Of a stretch of 62,571 nt of DNA, positions 51,995 through 61,136 are shown piece by piece. A model generated the notes under the pieces. That model ran no database searches. It was not told where the DNA came from and saw nothing but the letters and a program-made list of their open reading frames with translations. The translations under genes were made by a program, and so were the position numbers. Each line of letters starts with the position of its first letter. The stretch's first letter is position 1. Source of the stretch: Deltaproteobacteria bacterium. Lineage in GTDB: Bacteria; Desulfobacterota; Desulfobacteria; Desulfobacterales; JAUWMJ01. Location: contig DAOWEJ010000002.1 in NCBI GenBank assembly GCA_030638575.1, positions 1 to 62,571 on the forward strand. The letters are read 5' to 3'.

Positions 51995-52035
51995 TTTTCC
52001 TCAACACGTCGTTAAGTCGTTAATCAACCAATTCT

Positions 52036-53739
52036 TTAAATCAACACTGCAGATGTCGCTTCTTCAAAAGTAGTTATTCCCTGTTTTATCTTTTCTGCGG
52101 CATTTTCTTTAAGTGTTGTTAAATTACCAGCCTGCTTGGCGGCACGTCCGATTTCCTGGGATGTGTTGTTTTTTAATATCATTTTCTGGATCATATCATC
52201 GATGACAAGCACTTCATAAATTCCTGTTCTGCCTTTATAGCCGGTGTGCATGCAATTAAAACAGCCTTTGCCATGCATGAAATTATTAGTTTCCGATTTG
52301 TCAAGCCCCCAAAATTCCAGAAGTTCATCCGATGGCTTGTATGAAGCTCTACATTGCGGGCATATTGTTCGAACCAGACGTTGTGCAAATGAAGCAATCA
52401 TAACAGAGGAAACGAGAAATGGTTCTATGCCCATATCGATAAACCTGGTGATTGCACCGGCGGCATCGTTGGTATGGAGGGTGCTGAAAACCCGGTGGCC
52501 GGTTAATGCAGCTTGAACTGCGATAGTAGCTGTTTCGGAATCACGGATTTCACCTACCATGATGACATCCGGATCCTGACGGAGTATCGATCTTAGACCA
52601 TCGGCAAAAGTCATGCCTGCCTTACGGTTTAGCTGGATCTGTCTAATCTTTTCTATACGGTATTCAACCGGGTCTTCTACTGTGACAATGTTTATATCCG
52701 GTTGATTTATGGCTTTTAAAATAGAGTAAAGACTTGTGCTTTTCCCGCTTCCGGTAGGTCCGGTACTGAGAATCATGCCGTAAGGCTTTCGAATCATGGT
52801 CTCGATTTGTTGCCTGTTATTTTCAGACATCCCGAGTCTTTCAAGGGAGAGGACACCACTGCTTGTATCAAGGAGGCGGAGAACCAGGTTTTCGCCGTAT
52901 ATAGACGGCATGGTGGACGACCTGATATTTATTTCCTTGTTTTTCATTTTAACTGTAAACCGGCCGTCCTGGGGGATTCTTGCTATAGAGATATCCATAT
53001 TGGATAAAATCTTAAGCCTGGAGATAATCGGCAGAAACATTGCTTTGGGAGGTGCAGGGACTTCATGTAGTTTTCCGTCAACACGGAATCGGACCTGAAC
53101 ATAATCCTTTTCCGGACTGATATGTATATCACTGGCACCTTCACGAACGCCTTGGGAAAGGATGGAGTTTACAAGACGGATAACAGGGGCTTCTTCAGCC
53201 ATTCCCTGGAGTGAACTAACTTCAACATCTTCGGTTGTTTGTGGCTTATCTGCTTCCTTATCGTACTCCATCTCTTCCATGTCTTCAAGAACACCGCCAA
53301 TACCGGAGTAGGTGCCGTAAAGGCTGGAAAGCAATTGATTAAGGTCCTGTTCTGTACAGATAAGCGTTTCAACTTCGTTATTTGTATATACTTCAATTGC
53401 ATCAATAGCATTGATATCCACGGGGTCAAGCATGGCGATTGTCAATAGCAGGCCGCTTTTTATCAGAGGTGCAGCCTGATATTTAAAAGCCATGTCGGCA
53501 GGAAGCACATTAGCAAGCTCGGCATCTAAAGGATATTTAACCGCAGAGTATTGTTCTATGTTCAACTGGCTGGAAATCATGTTGACGACTTGAGCTTCAC
53601 TGACAACACCCTGTTGAACCAGGAACTGTCCGAGTTTCAAATTTGATTTCTTTTGGACCGGCAGGGCCTTATATAGCTGTTTTTCGGTTATCAGCCCGCC
53701 TTCTACAAGTATTTCACCAAGTTTCTTTCTTAATTTCAA
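52036..53739 (-). CDS. mshE: GspE/PilB-family assembly ATPase with N-terminal MshEN-type c-di-GMP-binding domain
   Basis: Walker A GPTGSGKST, Asp/His boxes, a tetracysteine (CPQC...CFNC), and two tandem 24-aa MshEN motifs at the N-terminus (see finding). Confidence 0.9.
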   Translation of the reverse strand: MKLRKKLGEILVEGGLITEKQLYKALPVQKKSNLKLGQFLVQQGVVSEAQVVNMISSQLNIEQYSAVKYPLDAELANVLPADMAFKYQAAPLIKSGLLLTIAMLDPVDINAIDAIEVYTNNEVETLICTEQDLNQLLSSLYGTYSGIGGVLEDMEEMEYDKEADKPQTTEDVEVSSLQGMAEEAPVIRLVNSILSQGVREGASDIHISPEKDYVQVRFRVDGKLHEVPAPPKAMFLPIISRLKILSNMDISIARIPQDGRFTVKMKNKEINIRSSTMPSIYGENLVLRLLDTSSGVLSLERLGMSENNRQQIETMIRKPYGMILSTGPTGSGKSTSLYSILKAINQPDINIVTVEDPVEYRIEKIRQIQLNRKAGMTFADGLRSILRQDPDVIMVGEIRDSETATIAVQAALTGHRVFSTLHTNDAAGAITRFIDMGIEPFLVSSVMIASFAQRLVRTICPQCRASYKPSDELLEFWGLDKSETNNFMHGKGCFNCMHTGYKGRTGIYEVLVIDDMIQKMILKNNTSQEIGRAAKQAGNLTTLKENAAEKIKQGITTFEEATSAVLI

Positions 53740-53763
53740 TTTTCTTTCTCACAAATCTATTTT

Positions 53764-55422
53764 TTATGATGAGCTTTTTAGAAAAGGATCTGCAAAAAAA
53801 ACAGTATCCACATCCCAGGACGATATTATTTTTCCTTTATAAGACATTGATAAAGGAAGCCTTTTTAAGTGAAATTTAGCTGTTTTTTCATCAAAATAAA
53901 ATTTTTTTAATACTACCACAAATTTCAGGCCATTACGGCTATTCCAGTAAGGGATAAGTCGTATTGGTGTGGCGTTGTTAAGGTAAGAATTCAATGAACT
54001 AAAGGCTTCTTCAAGATTATTCATTTCTGAAATTTTAACCCACCACACCTTTTCCGGCAAAGGTTTTAGCTTTGCAGGTATAGCAGGTAGTATAATGGTC
54101 TGACCTATATCAACAAGATCAGGGTCGTCAATATGCGGATTGGCCAGAATCAGAGTCTTAAAGTGTTTGGAATTATAACTCCCATAAACGGTTTGAATTA
54201 AACCTGATATTGTTTGATTGGGCCGTAGTTTTATTTTTCCAAGAATGTCGGGGAAACCTGTATTTCCTGAAGGTAGGTTGTATCTTTCTGATGAGGTAGA
54301 CTCAGATGCTTGTGCGTTTCCAGGCACGTTAAGATCTGTTAATGGCGATTGAGCGGCTTTGGATGTTCTGCTGGAATCTGGAGATATCTTACGATTTACA
54401 GATGCGGTAAAATAGGGCGGATCATCCTGATCCGGTAAATTATTGTTATCAAGGAAAGATATTTGGGTTTTTGTGGTCCTGGTTTTCCATAATTCGGGTA
54501 AATTTAATTGATCGATTTTAGTGAAAGAAAGTAGTATAGCTGCAACAATAAAAGCAATCCCGGTGATTGCCGTAGTTATTTTTAATTTCTTTGTTCGATT
54601 GGGAAATACTCTGTGGATACATGACCGGACCAGAAAGAAATTTACTATGGATCGATTTTGAATGATCATGGTCATAATGCAGCGATGGCAGATATTGATT
54701 ACCTTTCTTGGATATCCGGCGGTCGCCCAATATATCGCCCAAAGAGCCGGCAAGGTGAAGAAGGTATATGTCTTGCTTGGGTCACTCGACTGTTCAAGTC
54801 GGAACTTTATCATTAGGCGGGTATTACGGAAGTCGAGAGGTTTTAGAAAGTGATAGAGATTGATTCTGTCGGCAAAGTTAGCATGCCGGTTAATAGTCTC
54901 TTCGAATTCTTTTTGTGCAAAAATAACTGTTTGTAAAAGTTTATATTCATTGGTTTCATAATTGAGAAATTCACGTAGTATTTCAAGGCAGAAATCAGGT
55001 ATCTTCTGGCCTTCATCAATAATCAGAATAACCGTTTTTTTCTCATCAACACCTTTATGAAACAGATACTGTTTTATACCTTCTTTGATTTGCCAGTCAT
55101 TTGATCCTTTGACAGGTTTGTATCCCTTAAGCATTTTAGCTACAGTTAAAAGAAATTCTGAAGAACTGGAAAAATGAGGATCGAGTATAAGATGGGTTTC
55201 AATATCTTCGTTTGTAGTAAATCTGCGTATTAACTGTCGGCAGAGTGTAGTTTTACCCGTACCGACATCTCCGATAATAACATTCAGGCCCCTGCGCAGC
55301 CGGAGAGCAAGTTCCAGTTTTTGCAGGCAATCAAGGTGTTGCCGGGACTGGAAAAAAAACTCCGGATCGGGTGAATTGGAGAAAGGTTCTTTTTTAAGGT
55401 TAAGAATACTGAAGTAATCCAT
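53764..55422 (-). CDS. mshM: ExeA/GspA/MshM-like AAA ATPase with TM segment and periplasmic LysM-like plus SPOR-like C-terminus
   Basis: Start at MDYFSILNLKKEPFSNSPDPEFFF (ExeA-type lead-in). Walker A is GDVGTGKTT and Walker B is ILIIDEGQ. One TM helix (ITGIAFIVAAILL). The 13 extra N-terminal aa in the track come from repeat C3. Confidence 0.8.
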   Translation of the reverse strand: MDYFSILNLKKEPFSNSPDPEFFFQSRQHLDCLQKLELALRLRRGLNVIIGDVGTGKTTLCRQLIRRFTTNEDIETHLILDPHFSSSSEFLLTVAKMLKGYKPVKGSNDWQIKEGIKQYLFHKGVDEKKTVILIIDEGQKIPDFCLEILREFLNYETNEYKLLQTVIFAQKEFEETINRHANFADRINLYHFLKPLDFRNTRLMIKFRLEQSSDPSKTYTFFTLPALWAIYWATAGYPRKVINICHRCIMTMIIQNRSIVNFFLVRSCIHRVFPNRTKKLKITTAITGIAFIVAAILLSFTKIDQLNLPELWKTRTTKTQISFLDNNNLPDQDDPPYFTASVNRKISPDSSRTSKAAQSPLTDLNVPGNAQASESTSSERYNLPSGNTGFPDILGKIKLRPNQTISGLIQTVYGSYNSKHFKTLILANPHIDDPDLVDIGQTIILPAIPAKLKPLPEKVWWVKISEMNNLEEAFSSLNSYLNNATPIRLIPYWNSRNGLKFVVVLKKFYFDEKTAKFHLKRLPLSMSYKGKIISSWDVDTVFFADPFLKSSS

Positions 55423-55432
55423 AAAAATTTTT

Positions 55433-55495
55433 ATCACGAAAGCACGAAAATTCGAAAACACGAAAAAGGAAAATATAGTTTCGTGCTTTCGTGAT
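55433..55495. repeat. repeat family C copy C3
   Basis: Lies 11 nt upstream of the mshM-like ATG and creates its false N-terminal extension. Confidence 0.8.
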
Positions 55496-55619
55496 TACTT
55501 TTTAATTGTTTTGCCACAAAATTACAAAGGCAGAAAGGAACAAAGATTAATTACTTTTATCTATTTTTCTACTTCTGCCTTTTATCTCCTATCTTCCCAG
55601 CATCCTTGCTTCCAGCTTT

Positions 55620-57146
55620 CTACTCTGCCGGTTTTTCCTCAAGGATATACGGAGTAATGAATATCAGTACTTCCTCCATGGCCTCGGTGTTCTCTCTGCT
55701 TTTAAAAAGCCAGCCGAGCCAGGGAATATCCTTTAAAAGGGGTACACCAGATTCAGCCTCACTGACCCTTTCCTTGTTCAGGCCTCCGATGACAGTTGTC
55801 TGTCCATGTGAGAGCATTACGGTGGTTTCAGCTTTTTTGGTGATAATTGTAGGATTGCCTGCGACAGTTCTGGTAAAATCCAGTTCGTCCTTATTTGTGA
55901 TAATCTTCAATTTAAGAAAATTTTTATCGATAACATGAGGGGTTACTTCCAATCTTAGCACAGCATCTTCATATTTGATATTAACCTCTCCATCTTCAAC
56001 TGTCTGGATAGGAACCTTTTCACCGCTTTCAATAAATGCCAATTGATTTTCGAGTGTTGTAATAGATGGACTTGACAGGATATTAAGCTTGCCCTCTTCC
56101 TGGAGCGCAGTTAGCTGGAGCGTAAGGAGACTGTGACCGATATTTTCAAACATAAATCCCAGGCTCATACCGGTTGAGCCTTCAAGGACGGGAAAATTGA
56201 TCATATTACCTATGGGTGGGAGATGCCAGATAGGGTCGCCGGCGCTATCATACAGCGAGTCGTCATATGATCCTCCTCCGGGACCAAGCCAGTTATGGTT
56301 TCCACCGGAAGAGCCGTAAAACAGCCCCCCCCACTGAATACCGAGTTGCCTTCCTGTAGAGCTGGTTGTTTCAACGATATGGGCTTCTATAAGAACCTGA
56401 GCGGTGGGTCTGTCTAGTTTTTCAACAACTGCCAGTATCCTCGCAAGATCGTTTCGAATCGCCTGGATAATAAGAGAATTGGTATGTTCATCAACCATAA
56501 CTGATCCTAAAGGTTTTCCGTCCTTATTTAACGTGAGAAATTTTTCTAAGTTTTCTCTTAGTTTAGCAGCTTCCGAATAGCTAATACGAACGATCCGCGT
56601 TATGAAAGGTTCGATAATTTTTAAATCTCTTTTCTGGGACTTTCTTTTCAGCTCGATTTCCATATCTTCATTTGTCATGATACGGATAATAGTGCCTTCC
56701 CATGCATATGTGAGTCCGTTTGTTTGCAGGATGCTCCTAAAGACCTGATCCCAGGGCGCTTTGGTTATATTAATATTTATTTTGCCTTTGATATTCTGGT
56801 TGAGCATAATATTCTGATCGGCAATTCTGGCAAGTGCACGAAGAAGAACGGCCACTTCTATCTTGTTCATTTTCATTGTGATCTTTTTTTTAGGAAGCGG
56901 CTTTTTGTATTCAAGTAATGATCGACTATCCGGGACAGACTTTTTTTGTTTTTCCAGAGAGCTTTCCATATGTTTTTTGGCAGAGGGGGAAAACCCTTTT
57001 GATTCCTGTGCTTTGGTTTTCCATTCGTCAAAGAAAAGATTGGTTTTTTCCTTCTTTTGGGATGCGCAGCCCGTGATCAGTGCAGCAATGAAGACAGAAA
57101 AAATAAACCAGCTTGTCATTGTTTTAAAAAGATTGTTTTTTTTCAT
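55620..57146 (-). CDS. mshL: secretin (PilQ/GspD family), lipoprotein MshL type
   Basis: Lipobox LITGC|AS, N0/N1-like domains, and a C-terminal secretin core (...GGLNKERVSEAESGVPLLKDIPWLGWLFKS...). Confidence 0.85.
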   Translation of the reverse strand: MKKNNLFKTMTSWFIFSVFIAALITGCASQKKEKTNLFFDEWKTKAQESKGFSPSAKKHMESSLEKQKKSVPDSRSLLEYKKPLPKKKITMKMNKIEVAVLLRALARIADQNIMLNQNIKGKININITKAPWDQVFRSILQTNGLTYAWEGTIIRIMTNEDMEIELKRKSQKRDLKIIEPFITRIVRISYSEAAKLRENLEKFLTLNKDGKPLGSVMVDEHTNSLIIQAIRNDLARILAVVEKLDRPTAQVLIEAHIVETTSSTGRQLGIQWGGLFYGSSGGNHNWLGPGGGSYDDSLYDSAGDPIWHLPPIGNMINFPVLEGSTGMSLGFMFENIGHSLLTLQLTALQEEGKLNILSSPSITTLENQLAFIESGEKVPIQTVEDGEVNIKYEDAVLRLEVTPHVIDKNFLKLKIITNKDELDFTRTVAGNPTIITKKAETTVMLSHGQTTVIGGLNKERVSEAESGVPLLKDIPWLGWLFKSRENTEAMEEVLIFITPYILEEKPAE

Positions 57147-57238
57147 AAGGTTAACTCGCTGTTTTAATTACTTAATTATAATTTTTATGTATTTTGTGCT
57201 AAAATTTTTATTTGGTGAAATCAGTCCCCACAATCACT

Positions 57239-57428
57239 GAGCGCCCGCCTGCGGCGGACTTAAAGAGCGTCCCTTCGAGACTTGAGGAGCAGCCCTTCGG
57301 GCTTTGAAGAGTGTCCTTTCAGGACTTGAGGCTTTTAAAAAATTAGCCTTAAGCGAAGCGCTCTTCGAACGTAGTGCTCTTAAAGCGGAGCGCTCATCAA
57401 ACAAAGTGCTCCTTAAGCGAAGCGCTCG
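57239..57428. repeat. repeat family B copy B3
   Basis: Fills the gap between the PilP/MshK-like gene stop (57440) and the mshL start (57146). Confidence 0.75.
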
Positions 57429-57439
57429 GTCTATCCGGA

Positions 57440-57931
57440 TCAAGTTTCTTCCAATGGAATAGTAATTTCTTTTTTTTCACTTTTAACCTCGACAATGACC
57501 CGTTCGGGAAAAATTTTCCGGACAAAAACTCCCCCTTGTTCCAGCTCATCACCTTCTTCATATTCCAGGCCATTAAGAATCGCCAAACTCTTTTTACCCA
57601 TATTTATATACCCTGTATATATGATTTTCACTTTCAGTGATGATGCAGAAGCCAGTGAATCTTCCGCTTCGAATTCAAATTTCGATTCAGCACTCAGCAT
57701 GGGATCCTTGGCCCATTGGGTCGGAGCCTTTTCGATAATATAGGAATCTATTTCAGAGAGACTCTCCTTTGTGAGCTCCGCAACATGGGTAATGAACTGG
57801 TTTAATGCTTCCAATTTACTGCTGGTGCCCATGGATTCCTTTTTTGCAGGGGCTTCAATGTAAAAGATATAAAAGCCATACACAAGCGAAAGCACCATTA
57901 GAGAGATAATTATTTTTTCCCGTTTAGACAT
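57440..57931 (-). CDS. PilP/MshK-like pilus assembly protein
   Basis: N-terminal TM anchor. The C-terminal beta segment (YTGYINMGKKSLAILNGLEYEEGDEL..GGVFVRKIFPERVIVEV) resembles the PilP/GspC HR-type fold. Sits in the mshK position. Confidence 0.5.
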   Translation of the reverse strand: MSKREKIIISLMVLSLVYGFYIFYIEAPAKKESMGTSSKLEALNQFITHVAELTKESLSEIDSYIIEKAPTQWAKDPMLSAESKFEFEAEDSLASASSLKVKIIYTGYINMGKKSLAILNGLEYEEGDELEQGGVFVRKIFPERVIVEVKSEKKEITIPLEET

Positions 57932-57932
57932 C

Positions 57933-58469
57933 TTATTCCTGTGCCATCCAGACCTTTAGCTTGATTTCTTTAGTTCCCCCGACAGAAGCAATCTTTATTT
58001 GTTCAACAAGCTCCAGGGAGGGCAGTTCGCACAACTGAAATAAAAATTTATGAAGATTGATAAACTCTCCTTTTATTCTAACATTTATTAGTATATATCC
58101 GGATTCGCCGATCAGCGTGTCTACATCCGGCTTGATATATACAATTTTGAGATTACTGTTTTTGGCAATATTATTAAATAATAATGAAATTTGTTGTGCA
58201 TCACCGCGGGAGAGTTTTTCTTTTTTTAAAGAGGTTATACCTTCTGATTGTTTAAACTGTGTTTTTTTCAAAAGGTTATTATAAACAGGGGTCAGGATTT
58301 TCTGCTCTTCTATCCTGTTTTTTATATTCTTAATTTCATAATCAAGACCGGTAGATATCTGTTGAGAAGGAATAATTGCCAGAACAATAAAAACAAGGAT
58401 TCCTCCCCCAAATATCAGGAGATAAGCAAGATTCTTTGTCGGAAAATTCGGAAATTTAACTAGTGCCAT
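57933..58469 (-). CDS. PilO/MshJ-like pilus assembly protein
   Basis: Single TM segment, then a coiled coil and a ferredoxin-like C-terminus. Position and size fit PilO/MshJ. A 14-nt overlap with the upstream gene. Confidence 0.6.
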   Translation of the reverse strand: MALVKFPNFPTKNLAYLLIFGGGILVFIVLAIIPSQQISTGLDYEIKNIKNRIEEQKILTPVYNNLLKKTQFKQSEGITSLKKEKLSRGDAQQISLLFNNIAKNSNLKIVYIKPDVDTLIGESGYILINVRIKGEFINLHKFLFQLCELPSLELVEQIKIASVGGTKEIKLKVWMAQE

Positions 58470-60378
58470 TTTGTTCTGAGACCAATTTTAGTTTAGCTGT
58501 AAACAGCAAGACTTGATTATTATTAAAAAATCCAAGTGATTTTTTACTTATGACAGGCTGATCAAACATGGGTGAATTTTTTAATGAGATAAGATATCCT
58601 GCCAGGATTGATTCCATAGCGATCCTGTCTCCCAATATAATACCATCTATGACCATTGATTTATCCGGCACAATTGATTTATCCGGCTTTTCGACCTTGT
58701 CGTCCGTGGGAGGTGCTCCTAACTGGGCGGAGATGTTGATCAGGCGAATATTCGGAGGCGTTAAGCCGGCTATTTCACTTAGCACGGCAATACCCAGATA
58801 TTTCCTGCCATATAGCTGAAACGTTTCATTATTGCGCTTTGCCTGCTCTACAAGTTTTAATATTGTACTTTGATCAACCTTGGATGCAAAACTTCCGAGC
58901 TGCAGCTTAAGTGTGGCTGCCTGTTCCTTTTTTTGCCGGATTGTATAACCCTGGTAAAAAAACACTCCGAAGCAAAGGACCATAAAAAAGATGAAGCTCG
59001 CGGATATAATTTTATTTATAAAATTAATGTTTGCAACTTTTTTTTTGTCTTTATAAGTGAATAAAAAGTTTGGGGTGAGAGAGTTGTTGGAAAGGGCCAT
59101 ACCTATTGCCGGGGCAAATGAGTCTCTTTCCAATGTCGATTCCGGGATCAAAACCTCACCTATAAATTTTGAATCGTCAGCAAAAGGGTCAAATGTTTCT
59201 TTGGGAATACCGAGTTCGTTTCCTATATAATTAACGATATGCCTGTGAGGACGAATACCGCTAGATATGTAAAGCCTCTCCACAGACTCATTTTCAAAAT
59301 TTGAAGAAAAATGTTCAAAGGTAAGTTCCACCTGTCTTACCAGTCGCTTTAGGGCAGGCAGAATCATCTTGAAAATTTCTTTTTCTTCGGGTTCAAGTTC
59401 AGCCCGCTGTGCAGCCGAAGGAGAAGAATCATGGATCAAGCCAAGGAAAATACTTTGAGCCTTGTCAGTATCGATTTGTGTCCTTTTAACTATGCCTCCG
59501 GAAGTATCCACTCCATCAGAATTAACCATCTCTGAAGAGACTTGAGTCTGGTTTTCATCTATTTTTCCCCTCATGGTCGCTGTCATGGTTTTTATCCCTG
59601 CCTTGATGCCGCGTGATAGGACAAGGTTTCCGTTGGAAAAGATGTCGATACGTGACCAATCCCTTCCTATATAAAGACTGGATACATTTTTCGCATCGGT
59701 TTCAACCCAATGAGTCCGTAACAGATTCTGAAAGGCAAATGGAATAATTGATATACCGGTCAATGGAAAACCGCTTTTGGAAAAAAGGGCTTTAATTTTT
59801 TTGATTTGCTGCGTTGGAGCAGTATAGGTCATAACCTCTGTTTTCTGTGCAGATCCTTCCTGGATATTGCCAAGAACTTCATAATCGAATGTTGAATCCT
59901 TTTCACTAAAAGAGGTCATTTTTTTAAATGACCAGTAAACAGCATTGGCTATTTGTTTTTGATGAACTTGCGGTATTCGAATGTGGCGCATTTCAACACG
60001 GGCGGAAGAGATATTGGCCCAGATTTCAATATTCTTAGAATGACCACAAAAACGACTAAGAGTTGTTTTTAAAAATCGATAAAAATCCGGGTGATCTATA
60101 GTAATATCCGGTTCAAAAGGGACTTTCGAGTAATCGAGAAGTTCATGTTTCTGATATGAAGAATGGCTGATTTTTACCAATTTCAAGTCATTATAACTGA
60201 TATCAACACCAACCGTGATAGGTTTTCTGAATGAAAAAGAATTGTTAAAAGAGGATTTTATACGTTTGAAAAATGATTGGGTGGGAGTGATACTGGAATA
60301 TTCAAGCCCTTTTTTGCTGTTACTCCTAATCAGGTTAAGAAGTCTTTCAGTAGAAGAAATCTCATCATTTTTTGCCAA
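58456..60378 (-). CDS. mshI: PilM-PilN fusion-type pilus assembly protein (MshI-like)
   Basis: An actin-like ATPase-fold region (~aa 55-430), a TM helix (IISASFIFFMVLCFGVFFY) and a PilN-like periplasmic tail. First gene of the cluster. Confidence 0.7.
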   Translation of the reverse strand: MAKNDEISSTERLLNLIRSNSKKGLEYSSITPTQSFFKRIKSSFNNSFSFRKPITVGVDISYNDLKLVKISHSSYQKHELLDYSKVPFEPDITIDHPDFYRFLKTTLSRFCGHSKNIEIWANISSARVEMRHIRIPQVHQKQIANAVYWSFKKMTSFSEKDSTFDYEVLGNIQEGSAQKTEVMTYTAPTQQIKKIKALFSKSGFPLTGISIIPFAFQNLLRTHWVETDAKNVSSLYIGRDWSRIDIFSNGNLVLSRGIKAGIKTMTATMRGKIDENQTQVSSEMVNSDGVDTSGGIVKRTQIDTDKAQSIFLGLIHDSSPSAAQRAELEPEEKEIFKMILPALKRLVRQVELTFEHFSSNFENESVERLYISSGIRPHRHIVNYIGNELGIPKETFDPFADDSKFIGEVLIPESTLERDSFAPAIGMALSNNSLTPNFLFTYKDKKKVANINFINKIISASFIFFMVLCFGVFFYQGYTIRQKKEQAATLKLQLGSFASKVDQSTILKLVEQAKRNNETFQLYGRKYLGIAVLSEIAGLTPPNIRLINISAQLGAPPTDDKVEKPDKSIVPDKSMVIDGIILGDRIAMESILAGYLISLKNSPMFDQPVISKKSLGFFNNNQVLLFTAKLKLVSEQNGTS

Positions 60379-60430
60379 GGGTAGTCTCCATTCTGTGATG
60401 ACAAGTGAGCTTAAAATGTTTTATATAGAA

Positions 60431-60581
60431 GAGACCTTTGCAAAACGTTCCCTTTCGAAGTCTGCGCTCATCTGGCAGATTTTTGCGTTGGACTCAATTT
60501 TAATCCGCCGCAGGCGGACCTCCGGTTAAAAATTTTGCCCGCCTTGAACTATGCCAAAATTGAACATTTTTCAAAAGTCTC
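60431..60581 (-). repeat. repeat family A copy A3 (inverted orientation)
   Basis: Reverse complement of A1 with the ccgccgcaggcgg hairpin variant. Lies ~50 nt upstream of the mshI-like start. Confidence 0.85.
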
Positions 60582-60841
60582 TAGAAGAAATTACTCACAC
60601 CGGATGTGGTATTAAGAAGATCTGTGAGCTAATAACCATAACTATTAACACATAATTAATACGATTTGTCAAGAGTTAACACCATTTGAGTAGTAAAAAT
60701 TATATAGTTATACATGCTGAAGGATTGCAGGATTTAAAACAACTTTTTTTGTAAGAATTCGAGAGAGCAAACAGAAAAGATATTCCAGTTGAAAAAAATA
60801 GAATTTTAACCAGACATTTATTAGAATTTGTTGTATAAGGG

Positions 60842-61080
60842 ACTACGCAGTATCTGAACGAAAAGTCATGTTCAGACAAAATTCGAATATCGAAATCCGC
60901 CCATTTTATAAGATTGGCCGAAACAAATTCGAATATCAAATGACAAAATGACCAAAACTAACCTATTGGAATTGTGATGTTTCTGTCATTGAAACATTCT
61001 CATTTTGGTTATTGTTTCGTATTTCGTGCTTCGGATTTCGAATTTCTGAACGAAAACAGAGGTTTTCGTTCAGGCACTAC
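60842..61080. repeat. repeat family D copy D2
   Basis: See D1. Lies upstream of the RND adaptor gene. Confidence 0.7.
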
Positions 61081-61136
61081 GTATTTTCAAAAGCGATGTG
61101 ATGAAAAATGATGTTCTTTCAAAGCAGGAGTGATAA

